From an uncultured Alphaproteobacteria bacterium (lineage in GTDB: Bacteria > Electryoneota > RPQS01): 64,000 bases of DNA. The translations under genes and the position numbers were made by a program. Numbering within the stretch: the first letter of the stretch is position 1; the number at the start of each line of letters is the position of its first letter. The stretch lies in the NCBI GenBank assembly GCA_964587105.1, contig CAZPKG010000001.1, forward strand, positions 115,508 through 179,507, in the 5' to 3' direction. This document shows, piece by piece, positions 29,201-37,574 of this stretch. Below the pieces are notes generated by a model. The model was not told where the DNA came from, did no database searches, and worked only from the letters and a program-made list of their open reading frames with translations.

Positions 29201-31674
29201 GCGCCGCCGGCGATACGATTGAAGCTCCGCTTGCGATTGACAATGGCCGGACGGCTCCGACGCCTGCTGCTCCAACGCAGATGGCTGCATCGGATGACGG
29301 CTGTGGTATCGTAACGGTGACATTTACGTTCGCAAATGTGGATGGTCAAGACTCGGTGATGGTGAAGCGCAATGGCGTTATCATTGCCCGTCTTGCGGGT
29401 GGCGTGGCAAACGTGCAGCGATCATTTGTTGATACCAGCCCGCTGGGTGTGACGGCGACCTATGAAGTCTGCCCGGTTTCGAATTTGTGCGGTCAGGGCG
29501 GATGTGCCAGCGATCTGGGCCAAGCGGCTCCGACGGCAGGTCTTGTAACCGACGTGACGGCAACAACCGATCGTTGTACTTCGATTATCGTCAGTTGGAC
29601 CGGAACGCAGTTCGCTTTGAACTATCAGGTTCGTCGAAATGGAACGCTGATCGCCACCGTGCCGCAAGGACAGTTTTCCCATACGGACAACGTCTCGACC
29701 GGCGTGGTGAATACCTATACTGTAACGGCTACAAACGCGTGCGGAAGCGGACCGCAGTCACAACCTGCGCAAGGTTCGACGATTCCGTTGCCGCCTGTTC
29801 CGACCGGAGTTTCGGCTTCAGACGGTTTGTGCAACCAGGTTGTTGTGACCTGGAATGAGATCGGCGTTGCGACGGGTTATGAAGTGTGGCGCAACAACGC
29901 GCTCTTGGCCGAAGTGCCGGGCGGTGTTGAAGTGTACACGGACCTTGCCGTGACACCGGGAACGACTTACAACTATCAAGTGCGCGGCGTTAACCAGTGC
30001 GGCAGCGGCAACTTGTCGGCAGCAACGACAGGTTTCTCGGCGCAAGTGATTACAACTGTCACAAACGTCGTAGCGACGACGAATTTGAATGACCGCGTCC
30101 GCATCACGTGGAACAACGTTCCGCAAGAAACGGGCTATCAGATTCTGCGCGGCTTCCCGGCGGAAGTGATTGCAACGGTCGGCATTGACGTGACCAGCTA
30201 CAATGACTTCTCGGCAGCTCCGGGTGAAGAGTATGAATACCGCGTGCGGGCATTTAACGGTTGCGGCGAAGGCGAAATGTCCGTCGTGACATACGGATAC
30301 CGCGTGCCGGTAGATCCCATTCCGTTCGGCGTCATAACCGTTACTGAAGAGTTGTTCGGCTGTTTGTCGGCGGTAGCGCAGGATATGGATAACGACGGCG
30401 ACGCGGACGTTGTGGCCGCCGGTATGTTTGCGGACAAAGTAGTGTGGTACGAGAATACGGGCACGTGGGATTACATTCCTCACGTCGTGGTCGAGAACTG
30501 GGATGGCGCGCGCTCGGTTGCGGTCGGCGATATTGACGACGACGGCGACATAGACATCGCGGCTGTGGCGCAGTTTGCCGATCAGCTGGTGTGGTTCCGC
30601 CACAATGCCAACGGCACATATACGACCTTCGTCATTGCGAATAATTACGACGGCGCGCGTGACGTGTCCATTGTGGACCTTGACCGCGACGGCGACAAGG
30701 ACCTCGTGACGGCAGCCTGCGACGCGAACGATATTTCTTGGTGGCGTAATAACGGTACGGAAACATTTACCCGCGTCGTGGTGGATAATAACTTCATTGG
30801 CGCGCGCACCGTGGAAGTCAAGGATATCGGCGGCGACAACGATTGGGACATTCTGGCGTCGGCCTACGAAGGTGGAATGCTGGCGTGGTACTCAAACAAC
30901 GGTACACAGACGTTTACGCGCAACGTGCTGATGTCTGACGTGTATGGCGCGTCGTATATCAGCGCGGCCCGCTTGAACAGTGATAACGTGCTGGATATCT
31001 ACTTCTGCGTCGCGCAACAGCCGATGATCGGATGGATTGACGGCGCAACGCAAACATTCCATGAAGTGACGACGTTGGTTCCGTTCCCGCGCGAAATGGA
31101 CGCGGTGGACATGGATCAGGATAATCGCGCGGATCTCTTGCTGGCGGCCAACGAGAACCAGGAAATTTCGTGGTGGCGCAATACAGACAACCGTTTCTAT
31201 CGCAATCCGATTACGACTACTCTGACGCAGGCGTCCGTGGTACATGGTGGTGACTTTGACAACGACGGCGACAATGACGTGTTGGGCGCAGGCGAAGGCA
31301 CCATCAAGATTTGGCTGTCGGCACTGTCGGACGATACGCATGAATCCGAACTTATCATTCCGCAGGATGACGGAACCGACAAGCCGACCTATAGCCAGTC
31401 GATCGTTCCGTTGAACTACGAACTGTCGGCGAACTACCCGAACCCGTTCAATCCGATGACGCAAATTCGGTTCGGTTTGCCGGAAGCACAGAATGTCAAG
31501 CTGACGGTGTATGACGTGACCGGTCGTGAAGTCGCCCGATTGGTGGACGGCTCGTTCGGAGCGGGTTACCATACCGTGACGTTTGATGCGACGAATCTGG
31601 CCAGCGGATTGTATCTGTATCGCATCGAAGCGGGTGACTTCGTGTCGAGCCGCAAGATGATCTTGATGAAGTAA
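23266..31674 (+). CDS. Giant (2802 aa) T9SS cargo protein with about 26 tandem FN3-like repeats, a 7-bladed FG-GAP/VCBS beta-propeller and a T9SS CTD. Putative cell-surface adhesin.
   Basis: RBS GGAGGTTATACG-ATG. Signal peptide MKFKTLLFAGCILLVSGLANA. About 26 units of roughly 90 aa, each with the pattern P..PT.(V/L).A(S/T)D..C..V.(V/L)TW...........Y.(V/I).R.G..(I/V)....TS(Y/F)TD......Y.Y.V.A.N.CG. Seven D(M/I/L/F)D.DGD.D FG-GAP calcium-binding blades (DMDNDGDAD ... DFDNDGDND). It ends YPNPFNPMTQIRFGL...VSSRKMILMK. Confidence 0.85.
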   Translation: MKFKTLLFAGCILLVSGLANAQFNATLYDFNGELTDACTGGTPYPDNAVTIEIFWDDNASGPDPTDEQPVVGDGFAECNFNSFLINGEQFGLPGTFYTDPLFTISTVTPQPSLYWLRICDNANGIMWISDTVRILNGLNDYDFGGLFTCHDSTCGGCTNPTTVLGFQATDVSCSQVSMTWNAYPADQDVDSLFIYRTNDQTLVTRLARTATSFNYTNAPDGTFNYYIKARKICAAPADTSFSTAASDFGTRVAAAIPPADTSFTAFPHPTQCGAVILQWRVPTSLATIDSFSVFLNGVLYDRTGPGLPNQQQRDTVFTGLSGVQNYTVSGWSEECGNGVQTIARQATAAQPPAQVTGLTASTGLCSVNLAWTAVPGATSYIVRRNGSQIGTPVTNSFSDATATVNTVFAYTVSAVNTSFPAACQEGAQSTSANGSRIGTPLAPTSVVASDSTFCTHVAISWTDNSSDESGFVVRRDGATIVTTAAGVTSFNDSLATAGNHNYDVAATNTCGTSTFATVNVGSKKAVPTTPTGLLATDNLPTHVRVTWNAIIRETNMRVLRNGVLLATIPADSVGYNDLTAVAGQVYAYSVLGFNECGDGAVSNVDSGRVLASLNAPTNILATDNLCDRVTVTWTDNNSAPQETSHSILRDGVIVGNVGANITTFDDFTGTPGVVYAYNVQAEGTGGPAIGVTPDNGKRRAAPAAPVIAADSVDCETVYVSFTRAADSDSTIFFLDGVQSVHSTSASGALSIALNDDAVHVLTAQSANACGRGTATTGINVQRDQTPTGILNLAGTSTDCNTIQVTWTSPVDATSFDMYMDGVPQGNVAATVPQPVTLISGNGPATRQIYFISRNACGVGDTSNVINVSVQQAPTAPTNVAASDTSCALVYVTWTASSGDVDGYTVLEGANVVGSTGPGVTTFSYDPGNSDVHQYTVFAFSTTCGNSASAGPDAGNKVAQPGVPTNLTFANNSCDSIRISWDAASGSPASYVIIENGDSVASTTNLHFEYVPAGGPGTYDISVASYSAFCGTGTPSAPVAIILFAQPTPVSGLTASSNRCDGVQLAWNTYTGINDGFIIYRNGVLVTTTAADAVGYFDAAAGLGANHYAVITLSNLTGCAESDSATANGAVLPLPTVPTNVAATDTSCADVFVTWTASSGTLDGYIVYRGGVQIATVNAPATSYTDTGISGGTTAAYTVAAFDDICGTSSQSTGDNGTRLQGPAAPTGVVASDNSCTQVDITWNTAPGDVTEYRVYRSGVFIGSVTPPTTSFTDAIATGTFAYTVTAFSTNCGETAQSVADDGTRLPQMGQVTGVTASVDSCQGILVTWAAHLGAVSYRISRDASFIAEVNAPTLQYFDNTVAEGVTHSYTVAAVNPCNTGVESGAAVGSRASTPSQVTGLTASTNLVSQVCLSWTDVTGELSYHIYRDAVLIATNGADDVDYCDITATPGTTYTYTVAAANVCGEGTLSVGAQGSAVFSLGQVTGLAATTTDCAQICLTWTDISNETGYEILRNGTTLATVGAGVVTYCDLTPAPGECFTYVVRGFNIGGNGPLSAEVQGCRRSIPTQVTGLTTTSTNCNAVVLNWNDATDEDRYDVYRDGGLLVQNVGALTYTDNSAVAGVVYAYTILAVNACGNAPQSVAVNGVRAMTPPPVTGGVASIDVCNQIGLNWSDQLSELGYRIYRDGNFLTPIATVNANTTIYVDANITGSHTYNIRAFNDCGNGDLSADIVGLGLTTPGIATNVAAVENCGDVTVTWTAPNTTPITEYRILRNGVQVGVVSAPATTYQDLNLPAGSYNYRVVTANQCGAGTQSAQSNGVTVIPTLVQVPTFTATASPCFCIDVTWGNVANEDGYYLYCDGVIVDTLGANVTSTNYCPADTQSCVVQVAAFNACEIGPLSVGNSVTPNTYPAMVSGFSASENICDRVRLTWNAYNQPGVTRLKIRRDGVAIATLLSGNTSFEQLGLWPQSVYSITALRVCAAGDTIEAPLAIDNGRTAPTPAAPTQMAASDDGCGIVTVTFTFANVDGQDSVMVKRNGVIIARLAGGVANVQRSFVDTSPLGVTATYEVCPVSNLCGQGGCASDLGQAAPTAGLVTDVTATTDRCTSIIVSWTGTQFALNYQVRRNGTLIATVPQGQFSHTDNVSTGVVNTYTVTATNACGSGPQSQPAQGSTIPLPPVPTGVSASDGLCNQVVVTWNEIGVATGYEVWRNNALLAEVPGGVEVYTDLAVTPGTTYNYQVRGVNQCGSGNLSAATTGFSAQVITTVTNVVATTNLNDRVRITWNNVPQETGYQILRGFPAEVIATVGIDVTSYNDFSAAPGEEYEYRVRAFNGCGEGEMSVVTYGYRVPVDPIPFGVITVTEELFGCLSAVAQDMDNDGDADVVAAGMFADKVVWYENTGTWDYIPHVVVENWDGARSVAVGDIDDDGDIDIAAVAQFADQLVWFRHNANGTYTTFVIANNYDGARDVSIVDLDRDGDKDLVTAACDANDISWWRNNGTETFTRVVVDNNFIGARTVEVKDIGGDNDWDILASAYEGGMLAWYSNNGTQTFTRNVLMSDVYGASYISAARLNSDNVLDIYFCVAQQPMIGWIDGATQTFHEVTTLVPFPREMDAVDMDQDNRADLLLAANENQEISWWRNTDNRFYRNPITTTLTQASVVHGGDFDNDGDNDVLGAGEGTIKIWLSALSDDTHESELIIPQDDGTDKPTYSQSIVPLNYELSANYPNPFNPMTQIRFGLPEAQNVKLTVYDVTGREVARLVDGSFGAGYHTVTFDATNLASGLYLYRIEAGDFVSSRKMILMK

Positions 31675-31709
31675 TGCGAACCCGCGCAACGGTTTGCATC
31701 TGAAATACA

Positions 31710-31738
31710 CAAAGCGACGGAGTTACTCCGTCGCTTTG
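31710..31738 (+). terminator. Hairpin CAAAGCGACGGAG-tta-CTCCGTCGCTTTG after the giant gene
   Basis: 13-bp perfect stem with a weak U-tract. Confidence 0.5.
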
Positions 31739-31795
31739 TGCTCGTAATATGTGGTACTGCTACTGTCACTTCAACCGGAATTACCGGAGCACAAT

Positions 31796-33817
31796 ATGTC
31801 TGAAGCGTTAGATCGTCTGAGTATTAACACGGTGCGTGGTTTAGCAATTGACGCGGTTCAAGCGGCGAACTCGGGGCATCCTGGATTGCCGCTTGGAGCC
31901 GCAGTGATGGGCTACACGATTTTTCAGAAGCATCTGCGGCATAATCCGCTTGATCCGGCTTGGGTGAATCGAGATCGATTTGTTCTGTCGGCGGGACATG
32001 GTTGCGCGCTGTTGTATTCGTTGCTGCATTTGACAGGTTACGATTTGCCGATGGAGCAACTTAAGAAATTTCGTCAATGGGACAGCATCACGCCGGGGCA
32101 TCCAGAGTTAGGGATGACGCCGGGCGTGGAAGCGACGACTGGTCCGCTTGGTCAAGGCGTCGGAAATATCGTGGGGATCGCAATAGCGCGCGAAATGCTG
32201 GCAGCGATGTTCAATCGAGAAGGGCACGACGTTATCAATTTCCGCGTGTTTGGAATTTGTTCCGACGGCGATTTGATGGAAGGAGTGGCGGCGGAAGCAG
32301 CTTCGCTTGCGGGCCATCTCGGACTTGGATCGATTGTCATGCTTTATGACGATAATCACATCACGATTGACGGTTCAACTGAGATTGCGTTCACTGAAGA
32401 CGTCGGCGTGCGATTTGAAAGCTACGGCTGGCAAGTTTTAGCGTGCGACGGGATGAACGCAGACGAAGTGGATCAAGCCATTCGCGAGGGGATTGCCGAG
32501 AGCGAGCGACCGACGTTGATTCGCTGCCGAACGCAGATTGGCTATGGTTCTCCGAACCGCGCAGGCACTTCGAAGGTGCATGGCGCGCCGCTGGGTGATG
32601 AAGAGTTGTCTTTGACCAAAAAAGCGCTCAGCTTGCCTGAGAACGAGAAATTCTATGTTGCTTCGGAAGTTTTCAAGTATATGGGCGCGGCGCGGCAATC
32701 GGGCGCGGAACGTCAGGCGGCTTGGCAGAGTTCATTAGAAAAATCGTTTGCGGCGAATGCTGGATTGCAGCATCTGTGGCAGCAATTTTGGTCACGCAGA
32801 CTGCCGGAAAATTGGGCCGACAAGCTTCCGACGTGGAAAACAACGGATAAGCCGATTGCCACGCGCAAGGCCTCGGAGATGTGTTTACATGCGGTGACAG
32901 AATTGCCGTGGATCGTCGGCGGCAGCGCGGACTTGGTGGAATCGAATCTCACTTATCTTGAAGGCAAGGGTGATTTTCAGCGCGATCATCATGCGGGCCG
33001 CAATATTCGATTCGGGATTCGTGAGCACGGCATGGGTGCGATCCTGAACGGACTGGCTGCCAGCGCGCCATTCATCGCGTTTGGCGCTACGTTCATGAAT
33101 TTTCTCGATTACATGAAACCGTCAGTGAGAATCGCGGCATTGTCGCATTTGCCGGTGCTGTATATTTTCACACATGACAGCATTGGCTTGGGCGAAGACG
33201 GCCCGACGCACCAGCCTATTGAGCACTTGACGCACATGCGCGCTACGCCGAACTTGTGGACCATGCGGCCGGCTGATGCGAATGAAACCGCGCAGTGCTA
33301 CCGAGTAGCGCTCGAGCGTACGGATGGGCCGGTGGCGCTGTGTTTGACGCGCCAGGCGTTGCCGATTCTTGAGTACCCAGGCGAACGGTTGCCGGTTGAG
33401 TTGGGCGCCTATGTTCTCGCGGAAGCGAAGAACGAAAAGCCGGAGATAATCCTCATGGCGAGCGGAAGTGAAGTGGAGATTGCGTTGGGCGCCAAGTCGA
33501 TGCTGGAACAGGAAGGGATTGCGACGCGCGTCGTATCCGTGCCGTGCGTAGAACTGTTCGACAAGCAGCCGCAAGCCTATCGCGAGCAGGTGTTGCCGGG
33601 CAATGTGCGCGCGCGCGTTGCAGTTGAGGCGGGCGCTACGTTGGGCTGGTGGAAATATATCGGGCTTGACGGCGACGTGGTGGGACTCGATCGGTTTGGT
33701 GCGTCTGCTCCCGCAAAGACTTTATATGAGAAATTCGGATTGACTGCCGAGAATGTCGCACGCCGCGCGATGTCGGTGCGTGAGCGCGCGCGCTCTGCTG
33801 AGGGAGTCTTGAAATGA
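31796..33817 (+). CDS. tkt: Transketolase
   Basis: Track ORF begins at an in-frame GTG at 31751. ATG at 31796 has a GGAG RBS. GHPG thiamine-diphosphate motif and GEDGPTHQP in the transketolase-family region. Confidence 0.9.
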   Translation: MSEALDRLSINTVRGLAIDAVQAANSGHPGLPLGAAVMGYTIFQKHLRHNPLDPAWVNRDRFVLSAGHGCALLYSLLHLTGYDLPMEQLKKFRQWDSITPGHPELGMTPGVEATTGPLGQGVGNIVGIAIAREMLAAMFNREGHDVINFRVFGICSDGDLMEGVAAEAASLAGHLGLGSIVMLYDDNHITIDGSTEIAFTEDVGVRFESYGWQVLACDGMNADEVDQAIREGIAESERPTLIRCRTQIGYGSPNRAGTSKVHGAPLGDEELSLTKKALSLPENEKFYVASEVFKYMGAARQSGAERQAAWQSSLEKSFAANAGLQHLWQQFWSRRLPENWADKLPTWKTTDKPIATRKASEMCLHAVTELPWIVGGSADLVESNLTYLEGKGDFQRDHHAGRNIRFGIREHGMGAILNGLAASAPFIAFGATFMNFLDYMKPSVRIAALSHLPVLYIFTHDSIGLGEDGPTHQPIEHLTHMRATPNLWTMRPADANETAQCYRVALERTDGPVALCLTRQALPILEYPGERLPVELGAYVLAEAKNEKPEIILMASGSEVEIALGAKSMLEQEGIATRVVSVPCVELFDKQPQAYREQVLPGNVRARVAVEAGATLGWWKYIGLDGDVVGLDRFGASAPAKTLYEKFGLTAENVARRAMSVRERARSAEGVLK

Positions 33818-34263
33818 AACTTGCAGTTGGAAGCGATCATGCGGGATTCGAACTCAAGAAAGAATTGGTAGATTGGCTGACTGCGCAAGGACACGTCGTC
33901 GTGGACGTGGGCACGCACTCAACGGAAGCCGCCGACTATCCCGATTTTGCACAGAAAGTCGGTCACGAAGTAACCGAGCGACGCGCTGAACGCGGAATCA
34001 TCGTATGCGGTAGTGGAGTGGGCGCGTGTGTGGCGGCGAACAAAATGAAGGGCATTCGCGCAGGAATGTGCCACGACACGTTTTCAGCCCGGCAGGGAGT
34101 GGAAGACGACGATATGAACACGCTGTGTTTGGGCGCGCGAATCATCGGAGGAGAACTCGCGCGCGAAGTGTTGAAGGCCTTTCTGAATGCGAAATTCTCA
34201 GGTCTCGAACGGCATCAACGTCGATTGAACAAAGTCCTCGCCATTGAGGCTGCCGGAAAGTAA
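33814..34263 (+). CDS. rpiB: Ribose-5-phosphate isomerase B
   Basis: [15 protein letters not shown]...[13 protein letters not shown] are RpiB/LacAB signatures. There is a 4-nt ATGA overlap with tkt. Confidence 0.9.
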   Translation: MKLAVGSDHAGFELKKELVDWLTAQGHVVVDVGTHSTEAADYPDFAQKVGHEVTERRAERGIIVCGSGVGACVAANKMKGIRAGMCHDTFSARQGVEDDDMNTLCLGARIIGGELAREVLKAFLNAKFSGLERHQRRLNKVLAIEAAGK

Positions 34264-34289
34264 GCGAACGAACAATTTAGGAGATAAAA

Positions 34290-35390
34290 ATGAGTCATCC
34301 GATTATGAAGGCCACGCTCGACTTAGGGCAGTCGTTGTGGCTTGATTACATCAGTCGGGAGTTGATGGACTCCGGCGGTCTTGAGCGACACGTTGCGGAA
34401 GGGCTGCGGGGTATGACCTCAAATCCGACTATTTTTGAGAAGGCGATTTCCGGAAGCGCGGACTATGATAACGACATTCGCAAAGGGATCGCGAGCGATC
34501 TGTCAGCCGGCGACGTGTTTGAGAATCTGGCCGTTTCTGACGTGGCGCGTGCATGCAACATGCTGTCGGGAGTGTACCACGATTCACAGGGCGTGGACGG
34601 CTATGTCAGTTTAGAAGTTTCGCCGACGCTCGCGCATGACACAAAAGGAACCGTGAAGGAAGCGCTGCGCTTGTGGGAGCGCGTGAACCGTCCGAACTTA
34701 ATGATCAAAGTTCCCGGCACGTCGGCGGGGATTCCTGCCGTTCTGGAACTCCTGACGCGTGGAGTGAATGTAAATATTACGTTACTGTTTACATTGGACC
34801 AGTACAAGCAGGTGCTTGAGACATACATTCAAGCTCTGGAAGCGCGCCATGCCGCTGGACAAAATCTCGCTCAAATGGCGTCAGTTGCGAGTTTCTTCAT
34901 CAGCCGAATTGATTCAGTGGCCGACGCGCAGCTTGAAAAACTGGGACGCAAAGACTTGATGGCTAAGGGTGCGATTGCGAACGCCTGTTTGGCTTACAAG
35001 CACTTTCAAAATGTCACCGCCTCGCCACGCTGGCAAAAGCTTGCACAGGCCGGCGCGCGCGTCCAAAGACCACTCTGGGCATCAACATCAACCAAGAATC
35101 CCGAGTACTCAGATGTACTCTATATCGAAGAACTGATCGCGGATCATACCGTGAATACCGTCCCGCCGCAAACGCTGTCGGCATTTAAGGATCACGGCAA
35201 GCCCGCTCTGAAGCTGCTGAAGAACATGGAAACGGCGGACAAGACTCTGACGGAAATGAAAAGCCTCGGAGTTGACATTGACAAGATTGCCTTCGATTTG
35301 ATTGAAGACGGCGTGGTCAAATTTGCTCAGTCGTTCGACGCGATGCTTGGCGCAATTAGTTCAAAGCTGAAAGCCGGCGCGACGGCATAG
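34290..35390 (+). CDS. tal: Transaldolase
   Basis: SLWLDYISRE...TSNPTIFEKAI...NLMIKVPGT...NITLLF is the transaldolase signature including the Schiff-base lysine region. Confidence 0.9.
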   Translation: MSHPIMKATLDLGQSLWLDYISRELMDSGGLERHVAEGLRGMTSNPTIFEKAISGSADYDNDIRKGIASDLSAGDVFENLAVSDVARACNMLSGVYHDSQGVDGYVSLEVSPTLAHDTKGTVKEALRLWERVNRPNLMIKVPGTSAGIPAVLELLTRGVNVNITLLFTLDQYKQVLETYIQALEARHAAGQNLAQMASVASFFISRIDSVADAQLEKLGRKDLMAKGAIANACLAYKHFQNVTASPRWQKLAQAGARVQRPLWASTSTKNPEYSDVLYIEELIADHTVNTVPPQTLSAFKDHGKPALKLLKNMETADKTLTEMKSLGVDIDKIAFDLIEDGVVKFAQSFDAMLGAISSKLKAGATA

Positions 35391-35411
35391 CAGTATTTCA
35401 AATTGAAAACT

Positions 35412-35449
35412 AAAAAGCGGCAGACCGGAATGGCCTGCCGCTTTATTTT
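35412..35449. terminator. Bidirectional terminator GCGGCAG-loop-CTGCCGC-TTTATTTT between tal (+) and the carbonic anhydrase gene (-)
   Basis: 7-bp GC stem flanked by an A-run on the left and a T-run on the right. Confidence 0.7.
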
Positions 35450-35465
35450 GCGATCTTTAGTGCAC

Positions 35466-36308
35466 TTAGTGTTTGTACTTTGAGCCGCTGGTTTTGCGCG
35501 AGGCTTCTGAATGCTCAGAAGAGGATTTGTCATCCTTCTTTTCAGTTTTGGCTACTGACTTATGCGAATCACCCGCCTTGGTTTCTTCGGCTTTGGGAGC
35601 TTCAGCTACGGGATGAGACTCAGCTTCAGCTTTCTGCATGGCCACTGCACCAAGCTGAGATTGCCACAACACCGCGCCGGATTCGATGTCGTACACTGCC
35701 GAAAGCACGACGCAATTTCCGTCTGAGACGGCCTGTTCAATTTCGCGGGAACCTGAGATTAGAATGGAAGCACCGTTGCGCGCATTTTCTTTGATCACTC
35801 CCGAATAGAGATCGTCGGCGCCGTAGCCTTTTGACTGGCAAGCTTCAACGCTTGGTCTGATTTCATTCACGAGAGTGTTGAGTGGCTCAGGAAAATCGGA
35901 TTCTGACAAGGCCGCTCCGACTGCGCCGCACTTGGTGTGGCCCATGACGAGCACAACTGGACAATGCAAATGACCTACTGCATAATCTGCCGATGCTTGC
36001 ACCTCTTTTGGCGTGACGTTTCCGGCCACGCGGATCACGAACAGCTCGCCGAGACCGGCGTCGAAAATCTGTTCTGGCGGGACACGCGAGTCCGAACATG
36101 TGATGATGCAGGCATAAGGCGTTTGACCGGCCGAGAGATGCTCACGCTTGGTTGCGCCGCTATCCCAGACCTTCGGTTTGCCTTTCACAAAGCGTTCATT
36201 GCCTTTTTGCAGATTGGTCATGGCCTGATCAACCGTCCAAGCCGGGGCGTTGTCGTTCGCAAACGCGACTGCGCAAGAAACGAATATGAGTATGAAGATT
36301 CTAAACAT
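35466..36308 (-). CDS. Secreted beta-class carbonic anhydrase with K/E/S-rich disordered C-terminal tail
   Basis: Signal peptide MFRIFILIFVSCAVAFA. CSDSRVPPE and HxxCGAV zinc-ligand motifs. The roughly 60-aa tail is lysine, glutamate and serine-rich. Confidence 0.85.
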   Translation of the reverse strand: MFRIFILIFVSCAVAFANDNAPAWTVDQAMTNLQKGNERFVKGKPKVWDSGATKREHLSAGQTPYACIITCSDSRVPPEQIFDAGLGELFVIRVAGNVTPKEVQASADYAVGHLHCPVVLVMGHTKCGAVGAALSESDFPEPLNTLVNEIRPSVEACQSKGYGADDLYSGVIKENARNGASILISGSREIEQAVSDGNCVVLSAVYDIESGAVLWQSQLGAVAMQKAEAESHPVAEAPKAEETKAGDSHKSVAKTEKKDDKSSSEHSEASRKTSGSKYKH

Positions 36309-36451
36309 TGTGTTCTCCGTTTTTGGTTAGACGGTTTCCGAAGCGCAAACCTTATTCCAGAGCGATGCAAAATGAAGCTCACCCAAAGGCGCGTTTATTG
36401 CTCGTACACATTCGACTTATCATTCAATTGGATACTCCACGTTAGCTGCAC

Positions 36452-36823
36452 ATGGAACAATCTATAACAACTTCAACGCCGCACGTCAGTCGAGGTCGCT
36501 TGGACGAAATAGGAATGGGCGACCCGGTGTTTACAGCCGAACTGATTGATATCATGCTTGAAGACGGCGCGACGCGGATTCAGAAGATTCGTGCCGCCTG
36601 TCAAGCCGGATTTCAGGATGAAGTCGGAAAGCTTGCGCATTCATTGAAGGGCGCGGCCCTAAATGTCGGCGCGCTTTCGCTTGCCAATATGTGCGCGGCA
36701 ATTGATGAGGCAGTGCGCAAGCATGGAACTCCGTGTACGGGTGACCAAGTTGCGACTTTAGCGCAAGAATTTGCGGACGTTTCACATGAACTCACGTTAA
36801 TCAAGAGTGAACTAAGTGCATGA
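36452..36823 (+). CDS. Histidine phosphotransfer (Hpt) domain protein
   Basis: HSLKGAALNVGA is the Hpt H-x-x-K-G phospho-histidine motif. 123-aa four-helix-bundle size. Confidence 0.75.
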   Translation: MEQSITTSTPHVSRGRLDEIGMGDPVFTAELIDIMLEDGATRIQKIRAACQAGFQDEVGKLAHSLKGAALNVGALSLANMCAAIDEAVRKHGTPCTGDQVATLAQEFADVSHELTLIKSELSA

Positions 36824-37464
36824 AAGTGCTTGCCGTTGATGATGATCGCGTTACGCTCTTAACGCTGCGCCGGTTGCTGGAGAAATTCGGTTACGAGGCT
36901 TTAACTGCGGCAAACGGCACGGAAGCGCTCCAACTCTTTCTTGATCACCGCCCGAAGATGCTCGTCACGGATTGGATGATGCCCGAGATGGAAGGTCCGA
37001 CCGTCGTGAAGACGATTCGAGCATTTGCCGAGTCTGAGTACACGTATATTATCATGTTGACGTCGCGCCAGGATAAAGACGACATGATGGCGGGAATGCT
37101 TGCCGGAGTGGACGAGTTTCTGACTAAACCGATTGATCCGGATCAACTGCGGGCGAGACTGCGCGTGGGTAAGCGCATCATGTTGCTGCAAGAGAGCCTC
37201 GGCAGACGTGTTCGCGAGCTTGAGGAAGAACGTGAACACGTCAAGATGTTGCAAGGGTTCTTGCCGATCTGTTCTTACTGCAAAAAGATTCGCAACGATG
37301 AAAATTTGTGGTCGCAAATTGAAGAGTACATTTCCGACCATCAAGCGAACATACAGTTCTCGCATTCGATTTGTCCGGAGTGCTACGATTCCAAAGTGAA
37401 GCCGATGGAAGAGGCATTTTGGGCGAAGAAGAAAGCCGAGCAGGAGTGCTTGCACGAGCATTAG
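36820..37464 (+). CDS. Response regulator: receiver domain plus C-terminal Cys4 (CxxC...CPxC) putative zinc-binding output domain
   Basis: REC signatures (VDDD, TDWMMP, LTS...K). C-terminus LPICSYCKKIRNDENLWSQIEEYISDHQANIQFSHSICPECY. There is a 4-nt ATGA overlap with the Hpt gene. No DNA-binding domain is present. Confidence 0.8.
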   Translation: MKVLAVDDDRVTLLTLRRLLEKFGYEALTAANGTEALQLFLDHRPKMLVTDWMMPEMEGPTVVKTIRAFAESEYTYIIMLTSRQDKDDMMAGMLAGVDEFLTKPIDPDQLRARLRVGKRIMLLQESLGRRVRELEEEREHVKMLQGFLPICSYCKKIRNDENLWSQIEEYISDHQANIQFSHSICPECYDSKVKPMEEAFWAKKKAEQECLHEH

Positions 37465-37482
37465 ACGATATTTCATTGCACT

Positions 37483-37518
37483 AAGCGGCTCAGACTCACG
37501 TTGGGCCGCTTTTTTGTG
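37483..37518 (+). terminator. Probable terminator AGCGGC-15-nt loop-GCCGCT-TTTTTTGTG after the response regulator
   Basis: Weak: long loop, but a T6 tract follows. Confidence 0.45.
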
Positions 37519-37574
37519 CTTGCGATATTCACGGGCATGTCGTATATTTACGGTCAACAACCTTGTGAGGTACC

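Noticed and set aside
23700-30300. Possible CRISPR array because of regular about 270-nt periodicity
   Set aside because: The periodicity is protein-level FN3-like repeats inside a continuous ORF. There are no short identical direct repeats with unique spacers, and no cas genes.
28393-31710. Several long minus-strand ORFs (318 aa, 261 aa, 272 aa) inside the giant gene
   Set aside because: They are antisense shadows of the 8.4-kb repeat-rich ORF. Arg/Cys/His-rich junk composition. The sense ORF has a coherent domain architecture.
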